Source: Microgenomates group bacterium
Lineage (GTDB): Bacteria > Patescibacteriota > Microgenomatia > PFEM01 > JBNASD01
Assembly: GCA_049720225.1 (NCBI GenBank)
Contig: JBNASD010000004.1
Location: 1,117-65,116, forward strand
Length of the DNA stretch: 64,000 nucleotides
Direction: 5' to 3'
Under the pieces are notes generated by a model, which saw nothing but the letters and a program-made list of their open reading frames with translations, did not search any database and was not told the origin of the DNA. Below, piece by piece: positions 18,120 to 27,757 of the stretch. The position numbers and the translations under genes are program-made. Position 1 is the stretch's first letter; each line of letters starts with the position of its first letter.

Positions 18120-18983
18120 TTAAAGTTCTTCTAAATTGTTAGGTATTGAATTATTGATAGTTTTGGGGACAAACTCAAGGTACTTTTCAGTGGTGGTAAC
18201 ACTTCGGTGTCCCACTACTTTTTGTACTAAAGGAATAGGAACGCCGGCCGCTAATTGGTGCACAATAAAAGTGTGCCTTAAGGAATGGACAGAAGCATTT
18301 TTTATACCTGCTTTTTTAAGATAACGTTGTAAAGAAGCGCGGATATTGCGGACTAAAAAAGGTCGGCCAGTTTTGGTTACCAAAAGAAATTTATTTTCTG
18401 TTTTTGGTCGAATATTTAACCAGCGGACAAGAGCTTTTTTAATTGCTGAATTTAAAGGAACAGTCCTTTCTGGATTTGTTTCGTAAGCTCTAATTCTAAT
18501 TTCTTTTTCGGAAAAATCATCAAGTTGTAACCTCTCAAGTTCACCTATTCTCATTCCTGTCTGCAAAAGGAGTTCTACCACCAATGCCATTCTGGCGTCT
18601 TCTCTTACTGCGTCTCTTAATGCTCGATATTCTGTTTCGGTAAGAACACGAGGAATGCTAGGTTTTATTTTTGGATAAGTAACCGTTAGACTAGGATCTT
18701 CTTTAATTATTTTTTCATTTTTAAGCCAACGAAAGAAAGAACGGATAGAGTTTAATTTTCGGAAAACAGATTTAGGGGTATATTTTTTGTTTTCTAAAGA
18801 AGATTTAAAATCTTCAATATCTTGAGAAGAAACAGAATTTATTTGAGCTATTCTTCTTTCTTTTAAGAAACTTATTAACTGCGAAAGATCATTGGAATAT
18901 GATAAAATGGTAAAAGTTGATTTTTTTGACTTTTTAAGATATTCAACAAAATTTGCCAGAAGAGTTTCCAGGTTGGTATCCAT
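18120..18983 (-). CDS. XerC/XerD-like tyrosine recombinase
   Basis: N-terminal SAM-like domain; TGMRIGEL, HSLRHTF, VGH, TTEKY. Confidence 0.88.
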   Translation of the reverse strand: MDTNLETLLANFVEYLKKSKKSTFTILSYSNDLSQLISFLKERRIAQINSVSSQDIEDFKSSLENKKYTPKSVFRKLNSIRSFFRWLKNEKIIKEDPSLTVTYPKIKPSIPRVLTETEYRALRDAVREDARMALVVELLLQTGMRIGELERLQLDDFSEKEIRIRAYETNPERTVPLNSAIKKALVRWLNIRPKTENKFLLVTKTGRPFLVRNIRASLQRYLKKAGIKNASVHSLRHTFIVHQLAAGVPIPLVQKVVGHRSVTTTEKYLEFVPKTINNSIPNNLEEL

Positions 18984-19034
18984 AACAAGCCGATAATAAC
19001 ATTAAAAAGGGATATCTGTCAAGGTAAAATTTAA

Positions 19035-19385
19035 ATGAAAAGTAAAATTATTAAAGGATTAATTTTAATCTTTACAATTTATCTTATATTAAAAACAGGG
19101 AGCGATATTTCAAAAATTTTTAATGCTTTCAAAAAAATAGAAAAAACAAAAGCAGAAGTGTTAGTTTTAGAAAAGAAGAAAAATGAACTTCTCCAAAAAA
19201 AAGAATATTATCAATCAGAGGAGTTTATTGAACAGGAAGCGCGAAATAAACTTAATATGGCTAAACCGGGAGAAATTGTGGTGATTTTACCTCCTGATTT
19301 TCAAAAATTTTTAAGAAAAAATAATAATGAACTTTCTAAAAATATTCCCTCCTGGAGACAATGGTGGCAATTATTTTTTAATTAA
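19035..19385 (+). CDS. Septum formation initiator (FtsB/DivIC family)
   Basis: TM, coiled coil, EQEARNKLNMAKPGE. Confidence 0.85.
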   Translation: MKSKIIKGLILIFTIYLILKTGSDISKIFNAFKKIEKTKAEVLVLEKKKNELLQKKEYYQSEEFIEQEARNKLNMAKPGEIVVILPPDFQKFLRKNNNELSKNIPSWRQWWQLFFN

Positions 19386-19410
19386 GCTGGAAAATAAGTT
19401 TAGTTTTTAT

Positions 19411-19416
19411 TATAAT
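19411..19416 (+). promoter_or_regulatory. -10 element for the tRNA/trpS operon
   Basis: TATAAT 10 nt upstream of the first tRNA. Confidence 0.55.
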
Positions 19417-19426
19417 TTATTTATTA

Positions 19427-19499
19427 CGCGGGGTAGTGTACGGTCGCACGCGAGGCTCATAACCTCGCAGGCTAGGTTCAACTCCTAGCCCCGCAACCA
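19427..19499 (+). tRNA. Initiator tRNA-fMet(CAU) with encoded CCA
   Basis: CGCGGGG/CCCCGCA with C1-A72 mismatch; CGAGG-CTCATAA-CCTCG; CTAGG-TTCAACT-CCTAG. Confidence 0.9.
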
Positions 19500-19573
19500 G
19501 GCAGGGTAGCTCAGCTGGTTAGAGCGGGTGATTCATAACCACCAGGCCGGCGGTTCGAATCCGCCCCCTGCCA
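19500..19573 (+). tRNA. tRNA with CAU anticodon, probably elongator Met
   Basis: GGCAGGG/CCCTGCC; anticodon loop TTCATAA; GGCGG-TTCGAAT-CCGCC. Confidence 0.88.
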
Positions 19574-19600
19574 CTTTTAAAAGAAAGGAGGTTTTTATAA

Positions 19601-19657
19601 ATGAAAAAAATTTTGGAAATTTTGAAATCTTGGTGGCACAAACTAACCGGTAAATAA
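19601..19657 (+). CDS. Trp attenuator leader peptide MKKILEILKSWWHKLTGK
   Basis: SD AAGGAGGT at 19585-19592; tandem TGG TGG at 19631-19636; upstream of terminator, tRNA-Trp and trpS. Confidence 0.85.
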   Translation: MKKILEILKSWWHKLTGK

Positions 19658-19711
19658 CCGCCGGTGGGTTTGTAAAAAATTTTTAAAACTCGCCGTGCGG
19701 GCGAGTTTTTT
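19638..19711 (+). promoter_or_regulatory. Transcription attenuator with alternative 1:2, 2:3 and 3:4 pairings
   Basis: 1:2 ACAAACTAACCGG/CCGGTGGGTTTGT; 2:3 CGGTGGGTTT/AAACTCGCCG; 3:4 AAAACTCGCC/GGCGAGTTTT. Confidence 0.8.
19685..19711 (+). terminator. Intrinsic terminator (3:4 hairpin)
   Basis: CTCGCC-GTGCG-GGCGAG followed by T6. Confidence 0.85.
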
Positions 19712-19717
19712 AATAAT

Positions 19718-19791
19718 AGGGCCGTCGGTTAATGGTAAACCACGGGTCTCCAAAACCCGGACTCCCCGTTCGAGTCGGGGCGGCCCTGCCA
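19718..19791 (+). tRNA. tRNA-Trp(CCA) with encoded 3' CCA
   Basis: AGGGCCG/CGGCCCT, G73, CGGGT-CTCCAAA-ACCCG, CCCCG-TTCGAGT-CGGGG. Confidence 0.93.
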
Positions 19792-20810
19792 TGAGGAAAG
19801 AAAATTGTAAATTGCAAATTACAAATAAAAAAAAGCGAGTTTTTTCGGGGACCAGACCAACAGGAAGGCTTCATTTAGGAAATTATCTAGGAGCAGTTAA
19901 AGGATATTTAGAGTTACAAAACCGGCCTGAGTTTGATTGTATTTATTCGGTGGTCGATTTACATGGAATTACTACCCCCTATAATCCCAAAACTTATCAA
20001 CAGCAAATTTATGATGTCGTTTTGGATTATTTAGCCTGTGGTTTAGATCCCCAAAAATGCCATTTAATGATTCAATCTCAAGTTTCCGAGCATTTGGAAT
20101 TAGCTTATTTATTAGGAACAATTTATCCGGTCTCCCGAGTAGAACAACTACCTACCTATAAAGAGAAAAAGAGGGAAAATCCTCATTATATAAATGTTGG
20201 TCTTTTTTACTATCCAATTTTAATGGCAGCTGATATTTTAATTTATAAAGCAGAATTAGTGCCTGTAGGGATAGATCAGGAACCTCATTTAGAGTTAACG
20301 CGGGAGGTAGCCAGAAAATTTAATTCAATGTTTGCACCAATCTTTCCCGAACCCCAACGATTTGCTACTTATGGAGAATATGTTCCCAGTTTATTGGGAG
20401 AAGGAAAAATGAGTAAATCAAAGAAAGGAAGTTATATTTTACTTACCGATGACTTAATAACTATTAGAAAAAAATTAGCTGCCGCCCCGACTGATATGGG
20501 TAAAGGAGAAAAGGTTCCCCAAGTCGGTGGAGTGGCAAATTTATTAAAATTAGTAGAGCTTTTTGAGGGAAAAGAAAAAAGAAAAAAATACGAACAGCAA
20601 TATCTAAATGAGGGAATAAAATATCAGCAATTAAAAGAAGAGCTAGCAGAGGCAATTTTTCAAGAAATTAAGCCAATCCAACAACGAAGGAAAGAATTTG
20701 AAGGCAAACCAAAACTAGTGGCGAAAATTTTAGAAGAAGGACGTAAATATTGCTCCAAAATTGCCCGCCAAACTCTTCAGGAAGTGAAAAAAGCAATGGG
20801 GTTAGTTTAG
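19791..20810 (+). CDS. trpS: Tryptophanyl-tRNA synthetase; start corrected from 19695 (alternative TTG at 19812)
   Basis: SGTRPTGRLHLGNY, YPILMAADIL, VPVGIDQ, KMSKS. Confidence 0.95.
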   Translation: MRKENCKLQITNKKKRVFSGTRPTGRLHLGNYLGAVKGYLELQNRPEFDCIYSVVDLHGITTPYNPKTYQQQIYDVVLDYLACGLDPQKCHLMIQSQVSEHLELAYLLGTIYPVSRVEQLPTYKEKKRENPHYINVGLFYYPILMAADILIYKAELVPVGIDQEPHLELTREVARKFNSMFAPIFPEPQRFATYGEYVPSLLGEGKMSKSKKGSYILLTDDLITIRKKLAAAPTDMGKGEKVPQVGGVANLLKLVELFEGKEKRKKYEQQYLNEGIKYQQLKEELAEAIFQEIKPIQQRRKEFEGKPKLVAKILEEGRKYCSKIARQTLQEVKKAMGLV

Positions 20811-20831
20811 CTTTTATGATAAAATAAACTA

Positions 20832-22700
20832 ATGGCGAATTTTTCTAAAATTTCTAAAAAAAATAATAAAATTAAAAAAATTGAATTGAAATTTAAATTT
20901 AATTTAAAAAATGTTTTGATTTGGCTTTTTTTTCTTTGGTTGGGATTGTCATTTTTAATTTCTTTAAGAATCCAGGAGCCAGGAAAAGAAAAAATTCCTC
21001 TTTCTCAAGCTCTTCAGGATATTAAAGAAGGAAGAATAGAAAAAGTAGAAGTAGAAGATAGTCGTCTTTATTTAACTTATAAAGATGGTCGGGTAGTTCT
21101 TTCTCAAAAAGAATCGGGGGTCAGTTTTGCCGAGATTCTTAAATCAGCAGAAATTCCCCCTCAATCAGTAAATTTTATAGTTAAAGAATTGCCAATTTCT
21201 ACCTCTTTATTAGATTTATTGGCCACCTTACTACCGGCGGTTTTAATGATTTTTTTCTTTATTTATCTTTTTCGTCAGGCAAAAGGTGCTCAGGAATCAA
21301 TTTTTTCTTTTGGTAAATCAACGGCCAAAATTTTTGCCAAAGGAAAACAATCGGTTACCTTTGCTGATGTTGCCGGTGTTGACGAAGCAAAAAAAGAATT
21401 GGAAGAAGTGGTTGATTTTTTAAAACATCCAGAAAAATATCGTCGATTAGGAGCAAGAACCCCTAAGGGAGTTTTATTAGTTGGTCCCTCCGGCTGTGGA
21501 AAAACTCTTTTAGCAAAAGCGGTCGCTGGTGAAGCAGGAGTACCGTTTTTTTCTGCCGCCGGTTCAGAATTTATGGAGATGTTGGTAGGGGTTGGGCCCG
21601 CCAGAATTCGCGATTTGTTTGCTCAGGCAAAAAAAGCTGCTCCTTCAATTATTTTTATCGATGAAATAGACGCTATTGGTCGCCAACGAGGTTTAGGGTT
21701 TACTTCTGGACATGATGAAAGAGAGCAAACTTTAAACCAAATTTTGGTGGAAATGGATGGATTTACACCGGCAGATAATGTGGTGGTGATTGCCGCTACT
21801 AATCGTCCCGACATTTTAGATCCTGCCTTAGTTAGGCCAGGACGATTTGATCGTCGGGTAGTAGTCGATTTGCCAGATTTAGAAGATCGAAAGGCGATTT
21901 TACAAATTCACGCTCGGGGAAAAATTTTTGAGAAAGATGTTGATTGGGATCAAATCGCGCGCGCTACTGTTGGTTTTTCCGGCGCAGATTTAGAAAATAT
22001 GCTTAACGAGGCAGCAATTTTAGCGGCTCGAAATAATCGGAAAGCAATTACCAAAGAAGATATTAACGAGGCAGCGTTAAAAGTAAAATTAGGACCGGAG
22101 AAAAAAAGACTTCAGTCAGAAGAGGAAAAAAGAATGACTGCTTACCACGAAGCCGGACACGCAGTAGTTTCTTACTATCTTCCTCATATGGATCCGGTAG
22201 CCCGCGTTTCGATTGTTTCTCGGGGTTTAGCACTAGGATTTACCTTAATTCCTCCCCAAAAAGATCGTTATCATGAGACAAAGACTCATTTGGAAGAAAC
22301 AATTGTTTCTTTATTAGGAGGAAGGGCGGCAGAAGAAATTGTTTTTAAGGAATTAACTGCCGGTGCCGCCTCGGACATTGATAAGGCAACGAAAATTGCT
22401 CGTCAAATGGTAGTTGATTTGGGAATGAGCCGTTTAGGACCAATCTATTTAGGACCACAAATTGAAGAAGGTGAATGGGGAAAAAGCTGGTGGCAACCCG
22501 CGGAAATTTCTCCTCAAATGGCGGCAAAAGTAGATGAAGAAATTAAAAGAATTGTTGATGAAGCTTATCAGAAAGCACTTTCAATTTTGAAAAAATCAAG
22601 GAAAAAACTTGATTTAGTGGCCAAAACTTTATTAGAGAAAGAAACAATTGAACAGGAAGAATTTATGGAATTAATGAAGAAAAACGAAAATTCTTCTTAA
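20832..22700 (+). CDS. ftsH: ATP-dependent zinc metalloprotease FtsH
   Basis: 2 [29 protein letters not shown]. Confidence 0.97.
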   Translation: MANFSKISKKNNKIKKIELKFKFNLKNVLIWLFFLWLGLSFLISLRIQEPGKEKIPLSQALQDIKEGRIEKVEVEDSRLYLTYKDGRVVLSQKESGVSFAEILKSAEIPPQSVNFIVKELPISTSLLDLLATLLPAVLMIFFFIYLFRQAKGAQESIFSFGKSTAKIFAKGKQSVTFADVAGVDEAKKELEEVVDFLKHPEKYRRLGARTPKGVLLVGPSGCGKTLLAKAVAGEAGVPFFSAAGSEFMEMLVGVGPARIRDLFAQAKKAAPSIIFIDEIDAIGRQRGLGFTSGHDEREQTLNQILVEMDGFTPADNVVVIAATNRPDILDPALVRPGRFDRRVVVDLPDLEDRKAILQIHARGKIFEKDVDWDQIARATVGFSGADLENMLNEAAILAARNNRKAITKEDINEAALKVKLGPEKKRLQSEEEKRMTAYHEAGHAVVSYYLPHMDPVARVSIVSRGLALGFTLIPPQKDRYHETKTHLEETIVSLLGGRAAEEIVFKELTAGAASDIDKATKIARQMVVDLGMSRLGPIYLGPQIEEGEWGKSWWQPAEISPQMAAKVDEEIKRIVDEAYQKALSILKKSRKKLDLVAKTLLEKETIEQEEFMELMKKNENSS

Positions 22701-22720
22701 AAAATTTTTTAATCTAGATA

Positions 22721-23647
22721 ATGAAGACGAAGTTATTTCTTTTTTCTGGTTTCCTTTTAGTTGTTTTTGCTTTTTCTTTTTGGCAAAAAGCATTTTTAAA
22801 AGGATTAATAAAAGTTTTTTTAGGAAAAAAAGAGGTGATTTCTTCTTTGAATAAAGCTTCTTCGATTCCGGCGGTTTTGGGAGAAGTGAAGACATTAGAA
22901 GTTAATTTTGATTTTGGTGAAATTAAAGAAGAGAGAGGAATTTTGGCTCAGGGAGTTTTTGTTTATGATTTAACTAATAAAAAAATCATTTTTCAGAAAA
23001 ATCCCCATTTAAAACTTCCTTCCGCTTCCACAATTAAAATTGTGACCGCCGCGATTGCTTTAGATAAAGGAAAACTTGAGGAAGAATTAACGGTGAATTA
23101 TTTTCCTACTTTTGTTGGCGAAAGCAGTATGAATTTAAGTTTTGGAGAAAAATTTACTCTAGAAGAACTTCTTTATGGATTATTGATGGTTTCCGGAAAT
23201 GATGCAGCAGAAACAATTGCTCAGGGAATTGGAGGAAAAAGAGAAACTTTTGTAAAATGGATGAATGAATTTGCCAAGAAAATTGGGGCTAAAAATACTA
23301 ATTTTACTACCCCATCAGGATTAGATGAAGAAGGTCAATATACCACTGCTTACGATTTATTTTTATTAGGAAGTTATATTTTCAATCATTATCCAAAAAT
23401 TTTAGAAATTTCTACCACTAAAGAAAAATACTTACCCCAAAATGATAAACATAAAGCTTATTTTTTAAGAAACAAATTTTTGCTTTTAGATCAATTTCCT
23501 ATCTTAGCTGCTAAACCCGGATTAGGAGAAGGAGGAATGCTTTCGTTAGTGGCCTTATTAGAAAAAGAAAAAAGAAAGATCTTAGTGGTGTTAATTCGCA
23601 CTCCGTCTTTAAGACATGACCTTGACAAAATTTTAAATTTGCTTTAA
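22721..23647 (+). CDS. D-Ala-D-Ala carboxypeptidase (peptidase S11)
   Basis: ASTIK, SGNDAA, FTTPSGLD; KPG replaces KTG. Confidence 0.85.
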   Translation: MKTKLFLFSGFLLVVFAFSFWQKAFLKGLIKVFLGKKEVISSLNKASSIPAVLGEVKTLEVNFDFGEIKEERGILAQGVFVYDLTNKKIIFQKNPHLKLPSASTIKIVTAAIALDKGKLEEELTVNYFPTFVGESSMNLSFGEKFTLEELLYGLLMVSGNDAAETIAQGIGGKRETFVKWMNEFAKKIGAKNTNFTTPSGLDEEGQYTTAYDLFLLGSYIFNHYPKILEISTTKEKYLPQNDKHKAYFLRNKFLLLDQFPILAAKPGLGEGGMLSLVALLEKEKRKILVVLIRTPSLRHDLDKILNLL

Positions 23648-23655
23648 AAAGACTT

Positions 23656-24288
23656 ATGTTTTTGATTGATTTTATTATTCATTTAGATAAACACTTAGGA
23701 GAAATTATTGCCCAATATGGAACAATTACTTATGGGATTTTATTTATAATTATTTTTGTAGAAACCGGTTTAGTTTTTACTCCCTTTCTACCTGGTGATT
23801 CTTTACTTTTTGCTGCCGGGGCTTTTTCTGCCTTAGGATCATTAAATATTGGTTTAGTAATTTTTTTGTTAATTTTAGCGGCGGTTTTAGGGGATACTTC
23901 TAATTATTGGATTGGTCATTTTTTTGGCAAAAAAATCTTAGCTCACCCTAAGATTCCTATTAATCCTGAACATCTTAAAAAAACAGAAGATTTTTTTGAT
24001 AAACATGGAGGGAAAACAATCATTTTAGCTCGATTTGTGCCCATTGTTAGAACTTTTGCTCCTTTTGTTGCGGGAATTGGAAAAATGAATTATCCTAAAT
24101 TTATTAGTTATAACATTATTGGCGGAGTTTTATGGGTAACTCTTTTTTCTTTAGCTGGCTTCTTTTTTGGTAATATTCCTTTTATAAGAAAAAATTTTTC
24201 GTTGGTAATTTTAGCGATAATTTTAATTTCGGTAATTCCTATTTTTTTGGAAGCAAGAAAAGCAAATAATGAAAAAAAATTACCTTAA
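23656..24288 (+). CDS. dedA: DedA family membrane protein
   Basis: ETGLVFTPFLPGDSLLF, ARFVPIVRTF. Confidence 0.93.
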   Translation: MFLIDFIIHLDKHLGEIIAQYGTITYGILFIIIFVETGLVFTPFLPGDSLLFAAGAFSALGSLNIGLVIFLLILAAVLGDTSNYWIGHFFGKKILAHPKIPINPEHLKKTEDFFDKHGGKTIILARFVPIVRTFAPFVAGIGKMNYPKFISYNIIGGVLWVTLFSLAGFFFGNIPFIRKNFSLVILAIILISVIPIFLEARKANNEKKLP

Positions 24289-25669
24289 TCTTCTTTTTTC
24301 CTTTTTAAAAGGGATACTTTTAGGAATAGGATTAATTTTTCTTTTTTTAACCGGAGTAATTTTTTTTCTTCAAAAAAAATATCAAGATAGAGTTTATCCA
24401 GGGATTTTTTTATTTTCCTTGCCATTAGAAGGAAAAACTCCTTTAGAAATAAAGGAATTACTTGAAGAAAAAGAGGAAGAAATTAAAAAAAGAAAATTGG
24501 TTTTTCTTTTTAATAATAACGGAGAAAGAAAATGGGAAATTACCCCTTCGATGATTGATTGGAGCTTGAATAAAGAATTAATCATAAACGATTGTTTAAC
24601 CAAGGGAAGAGGAAGCTTCGGTTTTTTAGAACTTTATCGATTAATTATTTTTCCTTTAGAAATAAAACCAGAGTTTTTATGGAATAAGGAAGAATTAGAG
24701 AAAATAATTAACCAAATTGCTAGTGAGGTTAATCGACCAGCCCAAGAAGCGCTTTTTGAGTTTAAAGAAGGAAAAGTAATTAATTTTCAAGTTTCTAAAG
24801 AAGGTCAAGAATTAAAAAAAGAAGAGGTAGAAAAGTTAATTATTTTAGCTTTTTCCCAACCGTTATTAGAAAAAAATCTTCTTGTGGTAGAATTACCTGT
24901 TAGAACTTTATTTCCCCGAATAACCACAGAAAAAAGTAATCAATTAGGAATTAAAGAACTTTTAGGTGAGGGAGAATCATTTTTTTATGATTCAATTCCT
25001 TCGCGAATTCATAACATTGCTTTAGCATCCTCTTATCTTCATGGCGTAGTAATTCCCCCCGGAGAAATTTTTTCTTTTGCAAAACAGGTGGGAGAAATTA
25101 CTTCTGCCAAAGGATATCAACCTGCTTATGTTATTAAAAATAAAGAAACTGTTTTGGAGGATGGAGGTGGAGTTTGTCAGGTTTCCACTACCCTGTTTCG
25201 AGCGGCGTTAAATGCAGGATTGCCAATCGTTGAAAGGAAAGCTCATTATTATCGGGTAGGTTATTATGAGCAAGGAGGTTATCCACCAGGGTTAGATGCA
25301 ACGGTTTATCCCCCTTCTCCTGATTTTAAGTTTAAGAATGATACGCCCGCTTATATTTTAATTCAAGCAGAATTTAATAAAAAAGAAAAACAATTAGTTT
25401 TTAAACTTTACGGAACTTCTGACGGAAGAAAGGTAGAAATAAGCAAGCCAATAATTCATTCACAAACTCCGCCGCCGGAACCAGTTTACCTTGATGATCC
25501 AAATTTACCGCCAGGAGTAATTAAGAAAATTGATTCTCCACATTGGGGAGCTAAAGTATCTTTTACTCGAAAAGTTTGGAACGCCGATGGTTCATTAAAA
25601 GAAGAGCAAACTTTTTGGTCAAATTATGTTGCCTGGCCGGCAGTTTATAAACGAGGGATAGGACAATAA
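24269..25669 (+). CDS. VanW family protein with peptidoglycan-binding region
   Basis: RIHNI, PGEIFSF, GGGVCQVSTTLFRA, GLDATV. Confidence 0.9.
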   Translation: MKKNYLNLLFSFLKGILLGIGLIFLFLTGVIFFLQKKYQDRVYPGIFLFSLPLEGKTPLEIKELLEEKEEEIKKRKLVFLFNNNGERKWEITPSMIDWSLNKELIINDCLTKGRGSFGFLELYRLIIFPLEIKPEFLWNKEELEKIINQIASEVNRPAQEALFEFKEGKVINFQVSKEGQELKKEEVEKLIILAFSQPLLEKNLLVVELPVRTLFPRITTEKSNQLGIKELLGEGESFFYDSIPSRIHNIALASSYLHGVVIPPGEIFSFAKQVGEITSAKGYQPAYVIKNKETVLEDGGGVCQVSTTLFRAALNAGLPIVERKAHYYRVGYYEQGGYPPGLDATVYPPSPDFKFKNDTPAYILIQAEFNKKEKQLVFKLYGTSDGRKVEISKPIIHSQTPPPEPVYLDDPNLPPGVIKKIDSPHWGAKVSFTRKVWNADGSLKEEQTFWSNYVAWPAVYKRGIGQ

Positions 25670-25684
25670 TGGTAAAATAGCCTT

Positions 25685-26611
25685 ATGGAGCGATTAGTTT
25701 TAATCGACGGTCATGCATTACTTCATCGAGCTTATCATGCTTTTCCCCTAACCTTAAGGACTCGAAAAGGAGAAATTGTTAATGCAGTGTATGGTTTTAC
25801 GCGGATTTTATTAACCGTTTTAAAAGACCTAAAACCAAAATATTTAGCAGTTGCTTTTGATCGACCAGAGCCAACTTTTCGTCATCAAGAATATGTTGGT
25901 TATCAGGTCCAAAGACCAACTACCGAAAAAGAATTTAAAGAGCAAATTGTCAGAGTAAAAGAGGTGGTTAGGGCTTTTAATATTCCTATTTTTGAAAAAC
26001 CAGGATATGAAGCGGATGACGTTATTGCTTCTCTTATTTTTCAGGCGCAAAAAAAGTTTCAAAAATCAAACTCTGATTTTCAAATTATTATTGTGAGTGG
26101 AGATAAAGATTTAATGCAGTTAGTAGAAGATAAAGTTTTTCTTTATTTACCCCAAAAAGGTTTTACTGAGGCTAAACTTTGTGGAGAAAAAGAAGTAGAA
26201 GAAATTTTAGGAATTAAACCTTCTCAAGTAGTTGATTATAAAGCGTTAGTTGGTGATGCTTCTGATAATTATCCAGGAGTGCCAGGAATTGGCCCAAAAA
26301 CCGCCATTAATCTTTTACAACAATTTGGCAGTTTAAAAGGAATTTATAAAAACTTAAAAAAAATTTCCCCAAAAGTAGCCCAAAAGCTTAAAGATGGCAA
26401 AGAGAGTGCTGAGCTTTCTCAAAAACTAGCAAAAATTATTACCAATGTCCCAATAAAATTAAGCTTAAAAGCTTGCCGATTTGGTAATTATGATGAGCAG
26501 AAAGTGATTGCCTTATTTAAAGGGTTAGAATTTCGCAGTTTAATAAATAAACTACCTTCTAAGGAAGAAGAAAAAGTAAAAGAGAAAGATGAACAGATGA
26601 CTCTTTTTTAA
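25685..26611 (+). CDS. Stand-alone 5'-3' exonuclease / flap endonuclease (PolA N-terminal domain)
   Basis: LIDGH, GYEADD, SGDKD, GDASDNYPGVPGIGPKTA; no polymerase domain. Confidence 0.9.
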   Translation: MERLVLIDGHALLHRAYHAFPLTLRTRKGEIVNAVYGFTRILLTVLKDLKPKYLAVAFDRPEPTFRHQEYVGYQVQRPTTEKEFKEQIVRVKEVVRAFNIPIFEKPGYEADDVIASLIFQAQKKFQKSNSDFQIIIVSGDKDLMQLVEDKVFLYLPQKGFTEAKLCGEKEVEEILGIKPSQVVDYKALVGDASDNYPGVPGIGPKTAINLLQQFGSLKGIYKNLKKISPKVAQKLKDGKESAELSQKLAKIITNVPIKLSLKACRFGNYDEQKVIALFKGLEFRSLINKLPSKEEEKVKEKDEQMTLF

Positions 26612-26662
26612 AAAAATTTAAAATTTTCAATGTAAATTTACTATTTAAAATTTAAAATCTTT

Positions 26663-27757
26663 ATGAAGATCGCTTTAGTTCACGATTATTTAAAAGAATA
26701 TGGAGGAGCAGAAAGAGTCCTTAAGACTCTTCATGAAATTTGGCCAGAAGCACCAATTTACACTATTTATTACCAACAAAATTCTCCGGCAGGTAAAGTA
26801 TTTAAAGGTGCCAAAATTATTCAAAGTTGGTTTAGTTATTTACCATGGACAGATAAACTAATTAGTCCTCTGCGTTTTTTAATTCCTTTAATTTGGAGAA
26901 GCTTTGATTTTTCTTCTTATGATTTAGTGATTTCTTCTGCTTCTTGGGCAATTACTAAAGGCTTTGCCAAAGGAAAAACTAAGGAAATTTGTTATTGTCA
27001 TACTCCTCCTCGATATTTATACGGTTATGAAACCTCCAAAAATTGGCAAAAAAATCTTTTAATCAAAATTTATGCCTTAATTGTTAATCATTTTATGCGC
27101 CAATATGATTTTTCTCAGGCACAAAAGGTAACCTGGTTTATCGCCAATAGCCAAGAAGTTCAAAAAAGAATTAAAAAGTTTTATCGAAGAGAGAGCGTGG
27201 TGATTAATCCGCCGGTAGAAATTTTAAATTTTAAATTTGAAATTTCAAATTTAAAATATTATTTGGCGGGAGGAAGATTGGAGAAGCCGAAAAATTTTGA
27301 TTTAATTGTCAAAGCCTTCAATCAATTAGGATGGCCGCTTAAAATTTATGGCCGTGGAAGCCAAGAAGAATATTTACGAAAAATTGCCAAAAAGAATGTT
27401 GAATTTTTAGGTTGGGTTACTGAAGAAGAAAAATGGCGTTTACTTGCCGGTTGTAAAGCTTTTATTTGCGCTGCTACTGATGAAGATTTTGGGATTACAC
27501 CATTGGAGGCAATGGCGGTTGGCCGGCCAGTAATTGCCTTTAGGGGAGGAGGATATTTAGAGACGGTAATTGAAAGAAAAACTGGAGAGTTTTTTGATAA
27601 ATTAACAGTAGAGGCGTTAGTTGATGTTTTGAAAAAATTTAATCCCCAAAAATATTCTCCTTCCTTTTGTCGCCGTCACGCAAAAAAATTTAGCAAAGAG
27701 GAATTTATCAAAAAGATTAAAAATTTTGTAAAATCAAGATATGCCGGAGCTTCCTGA
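26663..27757 (+). CDS. GT4 family glycosyltransferase
   Basis: VHDYL..GGAERV, EDFGITPLEAMA. Confidence 0.9.
   Translation: MKIALVHDYLKEYGGAERVLKTLHEIWPEAPIYTIYYQQNSPAGKVFKGAKIIQSWFSYLPWTDKLISPLRFLIPLIWRSFDFSSYDLVISSASWAITKGFAKGKTKEICYCHTPPRYLYGYETSKNWQKNLLIKIYALIVNHFMRQYDFSQAQKVTWFIANSQEVQKRIKKFYRRESVVINPPVEILNFKFEISNLKYYLAGGRLEKPKNFDLIVKAFNQLGWPLKIYGRGSQEEYLRKIAKKNVEFLGWVTEEEKWRLLAGCKAFICAATDEDFGITPLEAMAVGRPVIAFRGGGYLETVIERKTGEFFDKLTVEALVDVLKKFNPQKYSPSFCRRHAKKFSKEEFIKKIKNFVKSRYAGAS

Noticed and set aside
15688-18983. Integrative conjugative element (VirD4-like gene, tRNA, tyrosine recombinase)
   Set aside because: No relaxase or other T4SS genes, no duplicated tRNA 3' end noticed, housekeeping flanks; the recombinase looks Xer-like
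19574-19717. T-box riboswitch upstream of trpS
   Set aside because: No T-box consensus or room for stem I; the SD-led WW peptide explains the structure better
19695-19790. N-terminal extension of TrpS given in the ORF track
   Set aside because: It reads through the terminator hairpin and the whole tRNA-Trp gene
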